A stretch of DNA of 45,665 nucleotides from Planctomycetota bacterium (GTDB taxonomy: Bacteria > Planctomycetota > UBA8108 > UBA1146): the NCBI GenBank assembly GCA_050256555.1, contig JBBWWC010000067.1:1-45665 (forward strand). The letters are read 5' to 3'. A program made the position numbers and the translations under genes. Within the stretch, counting starts at the first letter, position 1, and each line of letters opens with the position of its first letter. Under the pieces are notes generated by a model. That model did no database searches. It was not told the DNA's origin and saw only the letters and a list, made by a program, of their open reading frames with translations. Positions 36,401 to 45,665 of the stretch are shown in pieces.

Positions 36401-39400
36401 AATGAATGAAACGGTGGTTGCGATATTTGCTGTATCAGATGCACTGTATGTAACAATCGTATCCCCAACATTGAACACATCTCCAGGAACATGAGTGGAC
36501 ATCGTATTCAAGACGGAGCAATTGTCGGTGTAAGTTGGCAACTCCCAACTCACGACAGCAGTACATTCACCTGGATCAGAGTCCAGCTCAACGATTTCAG
36601 GCAATCCAATAATTTCAGGATCTTCTGAATCAATCACAGTAACAGTGAAAGTTACTTCGCTAGTATTACCACTTGAATCGGTAGCGATGTAAGTAATAGG
36701 TGTTGTCCCCACAGCAAACAAATCGCCAGAGCCGTGATCCGAATTAAGAACTTCAACTGTGCAGTTATCAGAAGCAATCGGTTCTTCCCATGAAACCAAT
36801 GCCCCGCAAACAGAAAGGTCATTCTCAACTGATATATCAAGAGGGACTGAATTCATGATTGGAATTTCTTCGTCAACAACAGTTATCGAGAACACGTGAC
36901 TCGTTGAGTTTCCATTCACATCGGTAACTGTGATGGTGACAAATGTTGTTCCAACAGGGAAACGATCGCCATTAACATGGCTGCTCTCGATGGTATCAAC
37001 GGAACAATTATCAGAAGCGACCACGTCATCCCATTCGATCATGGCATCACAATGGCCAGCTTCGCTCAATACATCCAGATTAAGGGAAGGATTGAGGATT
37101 TCCGGATTTTCGAGATCCAGTACCGTTACCTCAAACCCTGAAATCAAAGTGTTCCCGTTCACATCGATAGCAGTGTAAGTAACGGTTGTAATTCCTGGCG
37201 TCATGAAAGTACCTGAGGAAATGTCAGAAGTGAGACTTTCGACCCCACAATTATCAACAGCAAATGGTGTTTCCCATGTAACTAAGGCACCGCAAATCCC
37301 AGGATCGGTCATTATCGAGAAGCTAGAAGGGAGACCAATTATCGATGGGATCTGGATATCAACCACTGTGACCAGGAAAGACTCTTCAATTTGATTCCCG
37401 GAAGCATCCACAGCATTTAGAACAACCGTCGTATCTCCAGATGGGAAAGTATCACCACTGTGATGGCTACTGGTAAAGGAGACCAGTTCACAATTATCGA
37501 CTGCATTTGGTTCGGCCCATTCAGCGATAGTCGTGCAACTGTTATTCGCTGTGTTCACGATCACTCTGTCTGGAACATTTGAAATCACAGGAGACTCATT
37601 ATCTTCCACAGTCACAGTGAACTGTGAAGTAGTGATGAGGCCAGCTGAATCTTCAGTCGTGTAGGTTACAACAGTCATCCCCAGATCAAAAACATGTCCG
37701 TTCTGGATGTCCGATTGAAGGTTGAGAACGGTATCGTCACAATTATCAGTGGCAGTTGGTTCTACCCATTCGTGCACAGCCGAACAGGTTCCCGAAGTTA
37801 CCGGGACTATCGCATCAGCTGGCATTCCAACTATGACAGGAACCTCTTCATCTAAAACTTCAACCGTAAAGGTTGCTGTAGTCGACAGTCCTGCATTATC
37901 AATCGCTGTGTACATAACAGTCGTGGTACCAACATTGAAGAAATCTCCAGGCTGCTGAGTGCTATCAACACTTTCAATCTGGCAATTGTCGGTGACTGTT
38001 GGCGGAATCCAATCAAATGTAGAACCGCAAAGACCAACCTGTGCTGATATTGTCGTATTTTGCGGGACATCTGTAATGGTCGGAGCTTCGACATCAGTGA
38101 TCGTGACCACGAATGACTCATTGATTGGATTACCGCTAGAATCTTCGACAGAATAATTCACAACAGTACTACCCACTGCGAATAACGAACCATTCTCGAT
38201 ATCAGAACCAAGACCAATAGCCTGGCAATTATCCGAAGCCGTGGGCTCGACCCAATTCACGAACGCCCCACAAAGGCCTGATTCAGAACTTTCTTGAATA
38301 TCAGCCGGCAATCCAATGATCACAGGGAGCTCGTTATCAATCACGGTCACACTGAATGAACTTGTCGAAGTATTACCATTAACATCCATTACGTCTATTT
38401 CGACAAACGTAGTACCCAGATCAAACGCATCCCCAGGCTGATGACTGGAATTATGTTCCAGCACACTACAGTTGTCAGTACTCGACTCGGGTATCCAATC
38501 GACCACAGAAGTACAAGATCCAAGATCAGTATCTATCGTTATGTCTGCTGAAATTCCGACTATCTGCGGTGCTTCATCATCAACAACGATGATCTTGAAC
38601 TGTTGCTGGAATGTATTGCCTGAAAGATCAACAGCAATAAATTCAACATTAGTTTCACCGATCGGGAACAAGTCACCCGAATTATGCGACTGTGTAAATG
38701 ACGATATCGAGCAGTTATCAGCGACAGAAGGATTGCTCCATTCATGAACTGCCCCGCATACACCAATGTCATTTGAAATCGAAATGTCGGAAGGAAGATC
38801 AGTAATTGTTGGCAACTCATTGTCAACAACCGTGACCACGAAACTTGCGCTAGTTTCATTACCAACAGTATCGATGCCCGTGTAGATCACAGTCGAGTCG
38901 CCTACCGGGAAGAATGCTCCGGGTTGATGTGTACTGATCGAGAGGTCGACGATGCAATTGTCTGTAATCGTCGGCGGTGTCCAATCAAAGCTGGATCCAC
39001 AAAGGCCAGACTCGACGTTGATAACAACATCTGTGGGCATATCCGCAATGGTCGGAGCTTCATCTTCTGATACGAATACCAGGAACGAATCCGTATGTGA
39101 ATTTCCACTTGGATCTTCAACAGAATATGTAACCAATGTCGGACCAACGGAGAAGAAAGAACCATTAGCAATATCCGATGTAAATCCAATCGCCTCGCAA
39201 TTGTCGAACGGAGTCGGCTCTACCCATGTAATCTCAGCTCCACAAGATCCGATATCGGTTCCTATGCTGATGTCCTGAGTCATGTTTAAAAGCTGTGGCG
39301 ATTCGTTATCAACAACCGTCACATTGAAGGAAGCCGTACTGACATTTCCGCTAGGATCTGCAACTTCGATTTCAACAAGTGTTGTTCCCAGATCGAAAAC

Positions 39401-42400
39401 ATCTCCAGACACCTTCGAAGAAGTGTGGCTATCTACCCAGCAATTATCACTTGCGGTCTCTTGAATCCAATCGACAACAGCACTGCAAACTGAAGGATCT
39501 GTTGAAACATGAATGTCTTCGGGAACATTGGTAATAACCGGGAACTGGTCGTCGATGACTGTAACACTAAACGTTTCTTCGTGTGAATTTCCACTATTAT
39601 CAGTTACGACATAATGAACATCAGTAACACCCACGACGAAGTAAGTTCCTGGATTGTAATTAGAAGCGAGTATTTCTCCGGAGCAGTTATCTGAAGTGGT
39701 TGGAGGTTCCCATTCTGCTAAACTCTTGCAATCTCCAGTCTCTACCACCAGCGTTATGTCTTCCGGCATATCGTGCAAAAGCGGATTTTCCATATCAGCA
39801 ACGGTAACCGTGAACTGATCGGCATGAATATTTCCATTCACATCTTCGACTGTTGCAGTTATGAGATATTCACCTTTATCAAGATATGTGTTGTTATCCA
39901 TATCCAAAGTCACACTTGATATCCCACAATTATCTACTGCAATCGGTTCAACCCATGTAACAACTGCACCACAAATTCCATCTTCTGTCGGAACTGTGAA
40001 ATCATCCTGAAGGATGCTAAACGTTGGTATCTCGTCGTCTGTAACGGTTACAGTGAAGTTAGATTCCGTTAAGTTTCCACTCTGATCTGAAACCGAATAG
40101 GTCACTATTGTGGTTCCAACTTCAAAGAAATCTTGGGGAGAATGGGTCGAAGTCAGACCTAGCTGCTGACAATTGTCAGAGGCTGTTGGCTCTGTCCAAT
40201 CCGCTATTGCTCCGCAAAAGTTATCGAATGCAGTCAGTGTGATATCGGCAGGCGTGCCAAATATTTCAGGATCTTCTTCGTCGAGAACGATGATCGAGAA
40301 TGAAGCTGTCGATTCATTACCGTGCACGTCAGATGCCTGTAATGAAACGATGCTTGACCCAAGGGCGAAGGTGCTTCCTGGTTCGTGGCTGATGGAGAAA
40401 TCCAAGAGCTCACAGTTGTCGGCTGCCGATGGCGGCACCCAATCAACCACCGCAACGCAAGTTCCCGGATCACAGCTGACTACGATTTCTTCCTGTAATC
40501 CGCTAAACGTCGGCCCTTCGTGATCATTAACGGTCACGGTGAATTGGTCACTGACAACATTTCCTGTCAAATCTTGCGCAGTGTAGACAACAATCGTTTC
40601 CCCCAGAGGGAAAGTTTCACCAGGCTGATGGTTTGAAACCAAAGCGATCACTTCGCAATTGTCGAAAGTTTCAGGTAGATCCCAGGTATGAACTGCTCCA
40701 CAGACACCTGGGTCATTTTCTAGAACCACATCCACTGGCATCGTTAAGATCTGGGGGATTTCAAGATCAGCAACCTGAATGGTAAAGCTGCGTTCAGCTG
40801 TATGCCCTGAATTATCTGTAACGAGATATGAAACCACCGTTAACCCGACAGCAAAGAAATCACCTGGTACATGACTTGTAACAATCTCTGAGATTCCACA
40901 ATTATCAAGATAACTGGGAATGTCCCAATGATGGGTTGAACCACAGTCACCTGGTTGGGTACCAATAACCACATCAGTTAGTACACCATCGATTACAGGT
41001 GCTTCATGATCTTCTACTGTGACAAAGAAACTCTCTTCTTGTGTGTTTCCACTAGTGTCCGTGACAGAGTAGGTCACAACCTGCATGCCTACATCGAAGA
41101 ATGATCCACTTGTAATGTTCGAGCTGAGTCCATTTTCCTGACAATTATCGCTAGAAGCTGGCTCGTCCCAGAAAGCATTAGTTCCGCACAATCCAACATC
41201 AGCAATCAGCGTTATGTCAGAAGGAATGTTACTTATCTCGGGGAGCTCTGTATCGGCAACCGTGATTGTAAAGCTACTCGAAACAGTAAGCCCTGCAGTA
41301 TCAGTCACTGAGTAACTAACAATAGTATCGCCAGTGGTGAAGAAATCTCCGGGTTGATGACTTTCAGTGTGATCAGAAACTCCGCAATTATCTGACAGAT
41401 TTGGAACTGCCCAATCATGGGTCGACCCACATAAACCTGCTTGCGTATCCAGAACAACATCGGAAAGAACATCTTCAATGACTGGAGGCTCGACATCATT
41501 AACGATGACATCAAAACTTTCATGAGACAAATTCCCACTCGAATCCGTTACCGAATATGTCACGGTAGTAGTTCCAGTGGTGAAGTAACTTCCGTTCGAA
41601 ATATCTGAAACAAGTTCTGCAACTGCACAATTATCAAGAGCGCCGGGTTCATCCCAATTAGCGACAGAACCGCAGAGACCAGGCTCTGATGGTAAAACAA
41701 GATCAGCAGGAAGATCAACAATCTGAGGGTTCTCAAGATCGTTGACTGTTACGGTAAAGCTCGCTGAAACTGAAAGCCCCGTTGTATCTGTTACCAGATA
41801 ACTAACCTCAGTAACTCCAGTATTAAAGAAATCACCAGGTTGGTGGCTTTCAATGACTTCAGCTACAGCACAATTATCAAGGAAGGCGGGAACAACCCAG
41901 TCGTGAGTTGCTCCGCAAAAACCCAGCTGGTTCTCTAAAACAACATCGGAAAGTAATCCTTCGATCACCGGTGATTCGACATCATTTACCGTGACGAAGA
42001 AACTTTCTTCTGTGACATTTCCACTGGAGTCCATTGATGAATAGGTAACCGTCGTAGTACCTGTAGAAAAGAAAGAGCTATTTAAAATGTCTTGCCCAAG
42101 TTCAGCAACGGCGCAGTTATCTTCAGAAGATGGCTCTTGCCATGTTGCAACCGCCCCACACAACCCGAGCTCAGATGAAAGCACAAGATCTTGCGGAAGA
42201 TCCAAGATCACAGGGAATTCTGTGTCAAGAACGGTAACTGTGAAGCTATCAGTTGCAAGGTTTCCACTGCCATCAATCGCTGTATAAACAACTTCCGTTG
42301 TTCCGATCGGAAATTCAGTTCCGCTTTGCTGACTTGGATCGAGGCTTGATATTTCGGAACAATCACTGGCTGTTGGTTCAATCCATGTGGCGATCGCAGA

Positions 42401-45400
42401 ACAAGCGCCAGGATCATTCTCGATTTCTATGGATGCTGGCAATCCGTTGATCGCTGGGGCTTCCTCATCAAGTACTGTAATCGAGAAACTAGCACTATTC
42501 ATATTTCCGTTCGGGTCGACTGCGGTGTAGGTGACAACCGTCAGTCCAATGGAGAAATCTCCTCCATTTTGCTCATCAGAGGTGAGTTCAAATGAAACGC
42601 AATCTTCAGCATTTGGCTCAACCCATGATGCTTGCGCAGTGCAGGAGCCGTCGGGGGCTACCAGCTCAATATTTTGAGGAATACCACTGATCGTGGGTGC
42701 TTCGACATCATTAACCGTCACAGTGAAGCTAGCAGTATCCGAATTTCCATTCACGTCTTCGACAGTGTAAGTAACCACAGTGTCACCAAGCGCAAACATC
42801 GAGTTACTAGCAATATCTGAATCAATTGAAACAACTGAACAATTATCTGAATGAGTCGGCTCTAGCCATGTAACAAGTGCACCACAGGAACCAATATCAC
42901 TACCGACCGTGATGTCTGCCGGTAAATCAATAACAACAGGTTTTTCATCATCCAGAACAGTAACGGTAAAGGATGAAGAAACGATGTTTCCGGAAAGATC
43001 AGAAACCGTTATTTCAACTGTTGTCATTCCGAGATCAAAAACGTCTTGTGGATTGTGGCTCGAGGTATGTTCGAGTATCCCACAATTATCAGAGGATGTT
43101 TCAGGCACCCAATCGACGACAGCAGTACAAAAACCTGAATCAGTCATTACTTCGATATTTTCTGGGGTTCCAGAAATTATCGGATTTTCTTGATCTGAAA
43201 CCGTAACCGTGAAGCTTTCGGTTTTAATGTTTCCTGTTGGGTCCTGAGCGGTGTACGAAACCGTATTTATTCCGACGGAGAACAGATCGCCACTCTGGTA
43301 GTTTGAAATGAATGACTGAATCTGACAATTGTCCGTGGCCTCTGGCATGGTCCATTCATGAGGAACAACGCAGCCGCCAAAATCAGCAGTCAACGTAACA
43401 TCAATAGGCATGCCACTAATCACTGGTAGTTCTAGATCGACAACAGTGATTTCAAGTTCTTCTGTAGAAACAAGACCAGCACTATCAGTTGCTGTAAATG
43501 TAACTACCGTTGTGCCAACATCAAAGAATGAACCATTTTGGTGATCTGTATCAATTGAAATCAATGCGCAATTATCAGAAGCCGTTGGCTCATCCCAGGT
43601 AACTGAAACTCCACACTGTCCTGTTTCGTTTTGTAAAAGCTGGTTTTCAGGAACAGAAGTAAACTGTGGATCTTCATCATCCAGAACACGAATGATGCTA
43701 TTTACTTCGGTCTCGTTGCCGTGAATATCCGTTGCAAGATAACTTACAACCGTATCCCCAACGGGGAATTCCTGGCCAGATATGTGACTTGAAGTGATTC
43801 CAACCATTCCGCAGTTATCGGTAGCTTCGGGAGCATCCCAGCTAACCGAGGTACTGCATAAACCAGCGGAGTTAGATCTGGTAATGAGATCGGCTATGTT
43901 CGAGAAAACAGGTCCTTCTTCATCATTAACCGTTACGGTGAAACTCTCTGAATTTATGTTACCGATGGCATCTACTACGCTATAGGTAACGGTTGTCGTT
44001 CCCTCGGCAAAGAAAGAGCCACTGGGAATATTTGGACCGAGTCCAGTCGCTACGCAATTATCTGAGTAAATCGGATCAATCCATGTTGCTGGAGCACCAC
44101 AGGAACCATCTACTGTCGAAACAACGATGTCATCCGGGGTTCCGAATATCTCTGGAAGTTCCTGGTCAACAACTCTGACGGTGAAGATTTTTACGGTTTC
44201 ATTACCGTTGATATCAATTGCAACGACCTGAACTTCCGTATCACCTTCAGGGAATACAGAACTATTTGGATGCGATGTTGTTACATCAGCAACACTACAA
44301 TTATCTGTAATCTGCAGATCATCCCAGGTCACTAATGCTTCACATATCCCAGAATCCGCTGGAACAACCAGCAAATTATTAAATCCAACGAACTGTGGAT
44401 TTTCATCGTCGGTAACATTAACCGAAAAGCTTAACTCAGTTACGTTACTGCTAGGATCTGCCACTGTGTAAGTAACGATAGTGGTACCTACGTCAAAGAA
44501 GGAACCACTTGGGTGATCTGATCCCAAACCAATCGCCTGGCAATTATCTGAAGCCGTGGGCTCGTTCCAGGAGACGGATGCACCACAAACACCAGCATCA
44601 GCTGTCAGGGAAATATCCGCTGGCACGTCAGTAAGAACTGGTGGTTGGTCATCGAGTACGGTGACCGTGAAACTTGCATTGGAAACATTTCCATGTAAAT
44701 CCTCAGTAGTGATTTCAACAGTTGTCACACCGGTAACGTAAGAACTTCCAGATGCATGACTGATGTCGAAAGAGGCTATTCCACAGTTGTCTTGCGAATC
44801 AGGAGCGATCCATTCAGCAACAGCTTCGCAGCTACCCTCGGAAGCAAGCAGACTGATATCATTAGGAATTCTGATGATTTGCGGATGCTCTGTATCTATT
44901 ACGGTGATCATGAACTGATCAGATGTAGAAATCCCAGCGGAATCCATGACCGTATAAGAAACTTCGGTAACGCCAACGGAAAATGCATCACCGGGCTGAT
45001 GACTTGCGATGAAGGAAACAACATCACAGTTATCTGATGGTACTGGTGGCGTCCACTCATGAATCGCAGAACAAAGCCCTGAATCTGCACTGACGGTTCG
45101 ATCAGCAGGCATTCCGTTGATCATTGGAGCTTCATCGTCATCGACAGTCACATCGAAACTAGCGGTCGTAATTTGCCCGATACCATCGATGACAACAAAG
45201 TTCACCGTTGTAACACCTGTCGGGAAGAAAGAGCCCGGCTGATGAGAAGCATCGAAATCGATGAGATTACAATTGTCCCACGGAATCGGTTCCACCCAGT
45301 CGACATTAGCACCGCATTGACCTGGATCATTAACTACTGTCACGGAAAGAGGCATGTTTACCAGAATCGGCATTTCAGTGTCATTAACCGTCACGTCAAA

Positions 45401-45665
45401 CGTTTCTACAGACGTATTACCAGTGGTATCGATTAATGTGTAAGAAACTGAAGTCGTTCCAAGGGGAAATTCAAATCCAGATTCATGGGTTCCACTGAAA
45501 CTATCGATCGAGCAGTTATCAGAGATCTCGGGTAATGCCCAATTCACAACAGCAAAACATTGAGCAGGATCGTTACTGAGTACCATGTTATCCGGAACAC
45601 CAGTAAGAACTGGCAGCTGCGTATCGTTGACAGTGATATCGAAACTGTGATCAACACTATTTCCA
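33191..45665 (-). CDS. Giant secreted surface protein 2 (N-terminus beyond the right window edge): at least 44 HYR units, 26 Cys-flanked Ca-loop repeats, dockerin-like C-terminus
   Basis: The track begins at Met 45586, but the frame stays open to the window edge. Nt 45587-45664 translate to GNSVDHSFDITVNDTQLPVLTGVPDN, which is the end of one HYR unit and the start of the next. The true protein therefore exceeds 4157 aa. Confidence 0.9.
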   Translation of the reverse strand, partial: GNSVDHSFDITVNDTQLPVLTGVPDNMVLSNDPAQCFAVVNWALPEISDNCSIDSFSGTHESGFEFPLGTTSVSYTLIDTTGNTSVETFDVTVNDTEMPILVNMPLSVTVVNDPGQCGANVDWVEPIPWDNCNLIDFDASHQPGSFFPTGVTTVNFVVIDGIGQITTASFDVTVDDDEAPMINGMPADRTVSADSGLCSAIHEWTPPVPSDNCDVVSFIASHQPGDAFSVGVTEVSYTVMDSAGISTSDQFMITVIDTEHPQIIRIPNDISLLASEGSCEAVAEWIAPDSQDNCGIASFDISHASGSSYVTGVTTVEITTEDLHGNVSNASFTVTVLDDQPPVLTDVPADISLTADAGVCGASVSWNEPTASDNCQAIGLGSDHPSGSFFDVGTTIVTYTVADPSSNVTELSFSVNVTDDENPQFVGFNNLLVVPADSGICEALVTWDDLQITDNCSVADVTTSHPNSSVFPEGDTEVQVVAIDINGNETVKIFTVRVVDQELPEIFGTPDDIVVSTVDGSCGAPATWIDPIYSDNCVATGLGPNIPSGSFFAEGTTTVTYSVVDAIGNINSESFTVTVNDEEGPVFSNIADLITRSNSAGLCSTSVSWDAPEATDNCGMVGITSSHISGQEFPVGDTVVSYLATDIHGNETEVNSIIRVLDDEDPQFTSVPENQLLQNETGQCGVSVTWDEPTASDNCALISIDTDHQNGSFFDVGTTVVTFTATDSAGLVSTEELEITVVDLELPVISGMPIDVTLTADFGGCVVPHEWTMPEATDNCQIQSFISNYQSGDLFSVGINTVSYTAQDPTGNIKTESFTVTVSDQENPIISGTPENIEVMTDSGFCTAVVDWVPETSSDNCGILEHTSSHNPQDVFDLGMTTVEITVSDLSGNIVSSSFTVTVLDDEKPVVIDLPADITVGSDIGSCGALVTWLEPTHSDNCSVVSIDSDIASNSMFALGDTVVTYTVEDVNGNSDTASFTVTVNDVEAPTISGIPQNIELVAPDGSCTAQASWVEPNAEDCVSFELTSDEQNGGDFSIGLTVVTYTAVDPNGNMNSASFSITVLDEEAPAINGLPASIEIENDPGACSAIATWIEPTASDCSEISSLDPSQQSGTEFPIGTTEVVYTAIDGSGNLATDSFTVTVLDTEFPVILDLPQDLVLSSELGLCGAVATWQEPSSEDNCAVAELGQDILNSSFFSTGTTTVTYSSMDSSGNVTEESFFVTVNDVESPVIEGLLSDVVLENQLGFCGATHDWVVPAFLDNCAVAEVIESHQPGDFFNTGVTEVSYLVTDTTGLSVSASFTVTVNDLENPQIVDLPADLVLPSEPGLCGSVANWDEPGALDNCAVAELVSDISNGSYFTTGTTTVTYSVTDSSGNLSHESFDVIVNDVEPPVIEDVLSDVVLDTQAGLCGSTHDWAVPNLSDNCGVSDHTESHQPGDFFTTGDTIVSYSVTDTAGLTVSSSFTITVADTELPEISNIPSDITLIADVGLCGTNAFWDEPASSDNCQENGLSSNITSGSFFDVGMQVVTYSVTDTSGNTQEESFFVTVEDHEAPVIDGVLTDVVIGTQPGDCGSTHHWDIPSYLDNCGISEIVTSHVPGDFFAVGLTVVSYLVTDNSGHTAERSFTIQVADLEIPQILTMPVDVVLENDPGVCGAVHTWDLPETFDNCEVIALVSNHQPGETFPLGETIVVYTAQDLTGNVVSDQFTVTVNDHEGPTFSGLQEEIVVSCDPGTCVAVVDWVPPSAADNCELLDFSISHEPGSTFALGSSIVSLQASDVHGNESTASFSIIVLDEEDPEIFGTPADITLTAFDNFCGAIADWTEPTASDNCQQLGLTSTHSPQDFFEVGTTIVTYSVSDQSGNLTESNFTVTVTDDEIPTFSILQDDFTVPTEDGICGAVVTWVEPIAVDNCGISSVTLDMDNNTYLDKGEYLITATVEDVNGNIHADQFTVTVADMENPLLHDMPEDITLVVETGDCKSLAEWEPPTTSDNCSGEILASNYNPGTYFVVGVTDVHYVVTDNSGNSHEETFSVTVIDDQFPVITNVPEDIHVSTDPSVCSAVVDWIQETASDNCWVDSHTSSKVSGDVFDLGTTLVEIEVADPSGNVSTASFNVTVVDNESPQLLNMTQDISIGTDIGSCGAEITWVEPTPFDNCEAIGFTSDIANGSFFSVGPTLVTYSVEDPSGNSHTDSFLVFVSEDEAPTIADMPTDVVINVESGLCGSSFDWTPPTITDNCIVDLSISTHQPGAFFPVGDSTVIYTGIDTVGNETSASFVVTVVDNELPTITDLPSDISISNDIGVCGAVHEWSNPSVADNCSISSFTQSHNSGDLFPIGETNVEFIAVDLSGNTFQQQFKIIVVDDEAPQIVGISADITIDTDLGSCTSVVDWIPESSTDNCSVLEHNSSHQPGDAFDLGTTFVEIDVMDVNGNTSTSSFSVTVIDNELPVIIGLPADIQESSESGLCGAFVNWVEPTASDNCQAIGLGSDIENGSLFAVGSTVVNYSVEDSSGNPINESFVVTITDVEAPTITDVPQNTTISAQVGLCGSTFDWIPPTVTDNCQIESVDSTQQPGDFFNVGTTTVMYTAIDNAGLSTTATFTVEVLDEEVPVIVGMPADAIVPVTSGTCSAVHEWVEPTATDNCDDTVLNLQSDIQNGHVFDLGMTVVTYTTEDSAGLITTSQFTVTVEDNESPVISNVPDRVIVNTANNSCTTIAEWAEPNAVDNCELVSFTSSHHSGDTFPSGDTTVVLNAVDASGNQIEESFLVTVVDIQIPSIIGLPSSFSIMTDPGICGALVTWETPFAVDNCGVESLTSDISSGTFMTPGITTVTYTAIDVNGNTLISGFEVTVLDLENPEILNPSLNLDVLSEAGHCDAMIEWDDVVASDNCSVDTIESSHVNGDRFPVGTTFVTITVTDVNGNSTSHVFSITVVDEEIPIMNSVPLDISVENDLSVCGALVSWEEPIASDNCTVEVLNSDHGSGDLFAVGTTPITYIATDSSGNTSEVTFTVTVIDSEDPEIIGLPEIVELDSDPGECTAVVSWELPTYTDNCSVLNTMSTHVPGDVFNVGDTIVTYSASDTANIATTVSFIVRVNDHELPQIFNMPADMVVSNDFGDCRADVAWASPSASDNCGIENLTSDIENSSLFDLGTTTVTYTATDIHGNVSSASFTVTVEDNEDPVLHGLPVSIQLGSEPGLCGASATWDEPSSFDNCEVAEVTRSHESGHFFPVGTTTVIYLTVDASGNQIESLFDVIVTDVEGPSIVGLPVTIDVENTVSECGTLVTWDDPIIEDACDTPTFSSTHTSGDFFPVGQTTVEYFANDLSGNASTYAFVVTVNDTELPVITSLPLNQVVNAPPGHCAAAVNWNLPTATDNCEVSQLVTSFYSGMEYSVGTTTVLVVATDSSNNQVTASFQITVLDDEYPVIVGMPNDLTYSADSGLCGTSVSWLDPTGVDGCGLASFESSHSPGSFFNVGSTIVTYVATDTSGNSVLDTFTVTVQDNQSPNIVPPLPVTVTAPVGECGSYVDVPALETLDACGDVVVVNDFNGTENASGYYTRGNTLINWTATDINGNVSFSAGIVTVLIDSPDCNGNNNPDVCDISTGTSTDCNLDGIPDDCQPDCDGDGIPNSCEIEQGSAFDCDEDGMPDGCEISSGTEVDCDSDGIIDGCEISSGTENDCDLNGVPDSCEISNGLALDCNGNSQPDICDIASGIEADCDLDGVPDSCQISNNASLDCDLNGSLDVCDLDAGTASDCNANGILDSCDLVAGQDTDCNDNQVLDACDLATGVSSDCNFNGTLDVCDLDSGTALDCDNNGTPDSCEISSGATPDCNTNGIPDSCDLLSGNALDCNGTGIPDSCEVASGAEPDCNSNGLPDDCDIAAGLADCDGNGILDNCEIGNGQVADCNDNGIPDGCDLSSGVEDDCDGTGVPDSCEVFSGTASDCNDNGLPDSCDIASGAWADCDLDGDIDSCEILLGVEQDCNATGIPDSCEISNGSAADCDGNSIPDTCELIDGSLSDCNQNNIPDSCEIAEGFAEDCNGNGVPDSCDLISGTATDFDGDGIPDACQVNFRRGDGNGDGIVNIADGVFLLVNLFAGGVDSTCDDAADSNDDGSIDVSDVITILGFQFNGTNPPPAPFDNCGVDPTDGDGLGCALYNACP
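33470..34915 (-). repeat. 26 tandem ~20-aa (60-nt) Cys-flanked loop repeats, D-C-(D/N)-x-(D/N)-G-x-P-D-x-C-(D/E)-(I/L)-x-x-G-x-x-x
   Basis: By manual count the units run from DCNGNNNPDVCD to DFDGDGIPDACQ. The plus-strand shadow ORF 33288..34343 shows the same 60-nt periodicity. Confidence 0.85.
34930..45665 (-). repeat. Array of about 44 complete HYR (hyalin repeat) units plus one partial unit at the window edge
   Basis: I counted the (D/E)-x-P linkers by hand (FxVTVxD-xExP...). The units show the same consensus as in giant protein 1, and the last unit before the loop repeats is divergent. Confidence 0.85.

Noticed and set aside
1-45665. Mobile elements, prophage or an integration hotspot
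   Set aside because: No transposase, integrase or recombinase-like ORFs, no tRNA genes and no flanking direct or inverted repeats were seen. The giant genes appear chromosomal rather than part of an identifiable island.

Overview
This is a 45.7-kb bacterial chromosomal window. The gene content and giant HYR/dockerin-type surface proteins suggest a planctomycete-like organism, but that is inference only.

Describe. Nt 1-27,300 is dense, ordinary housekeeping.
- A long, translationally coupled minus-strand operon runs tpiA-secG-yicC-gmk-rpoZ-coaC-coaB-ftsK. ftsK runs off the left edge and is missing from the ORF track.
- A plus-strand block follows: gamma-carbonic-anhydrase-like protein, tsaB, alr, an AsmA-like giant, DUF3500, a fused formimidoyltransferase-cyclodeaminase, and an ACT-domain protein.
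- The rest is mixed-strand: a c-type cytochrome, a TlpA-like redoxin, a GT2 glycosyltransferase, patatin, an EEP nuclease, a triple TRASH/YHS-like protein and slyX.

Nt 27,397-45,665 holds two tandem same-strand giant secreted proteins, of 1769 aa and more than 4157 aa; the second runs off the right edge. Both are built from HYR (hyalin-repeat) Ig-like units, cysteine-flanked DxNxNG loop repeats and a shared dockerin-like C-terminal module.

Hunt.
1. The TlpA-like redoxin is split in the ORF track by an in-frame TGA that sits exactly at the first Cys of a W-C-G-P-C motif. A hairpin lies downstream, so this is probably a selenoprotein.
2. About 350 nt downstream of the cytochrome gene carries several C(UUCG)G hairpins and its own terminator, suggesting an unclassified structured RNA.
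3. The giant-protein locus has higher-order super-repeats and a possible sorting or anchoring module.
4. SecG carries a long pentapeptide-repeat tail.

I found no tRNA, rRNA, CRISPR array, transposase or integrase, and no convincing multi-gene defence system.
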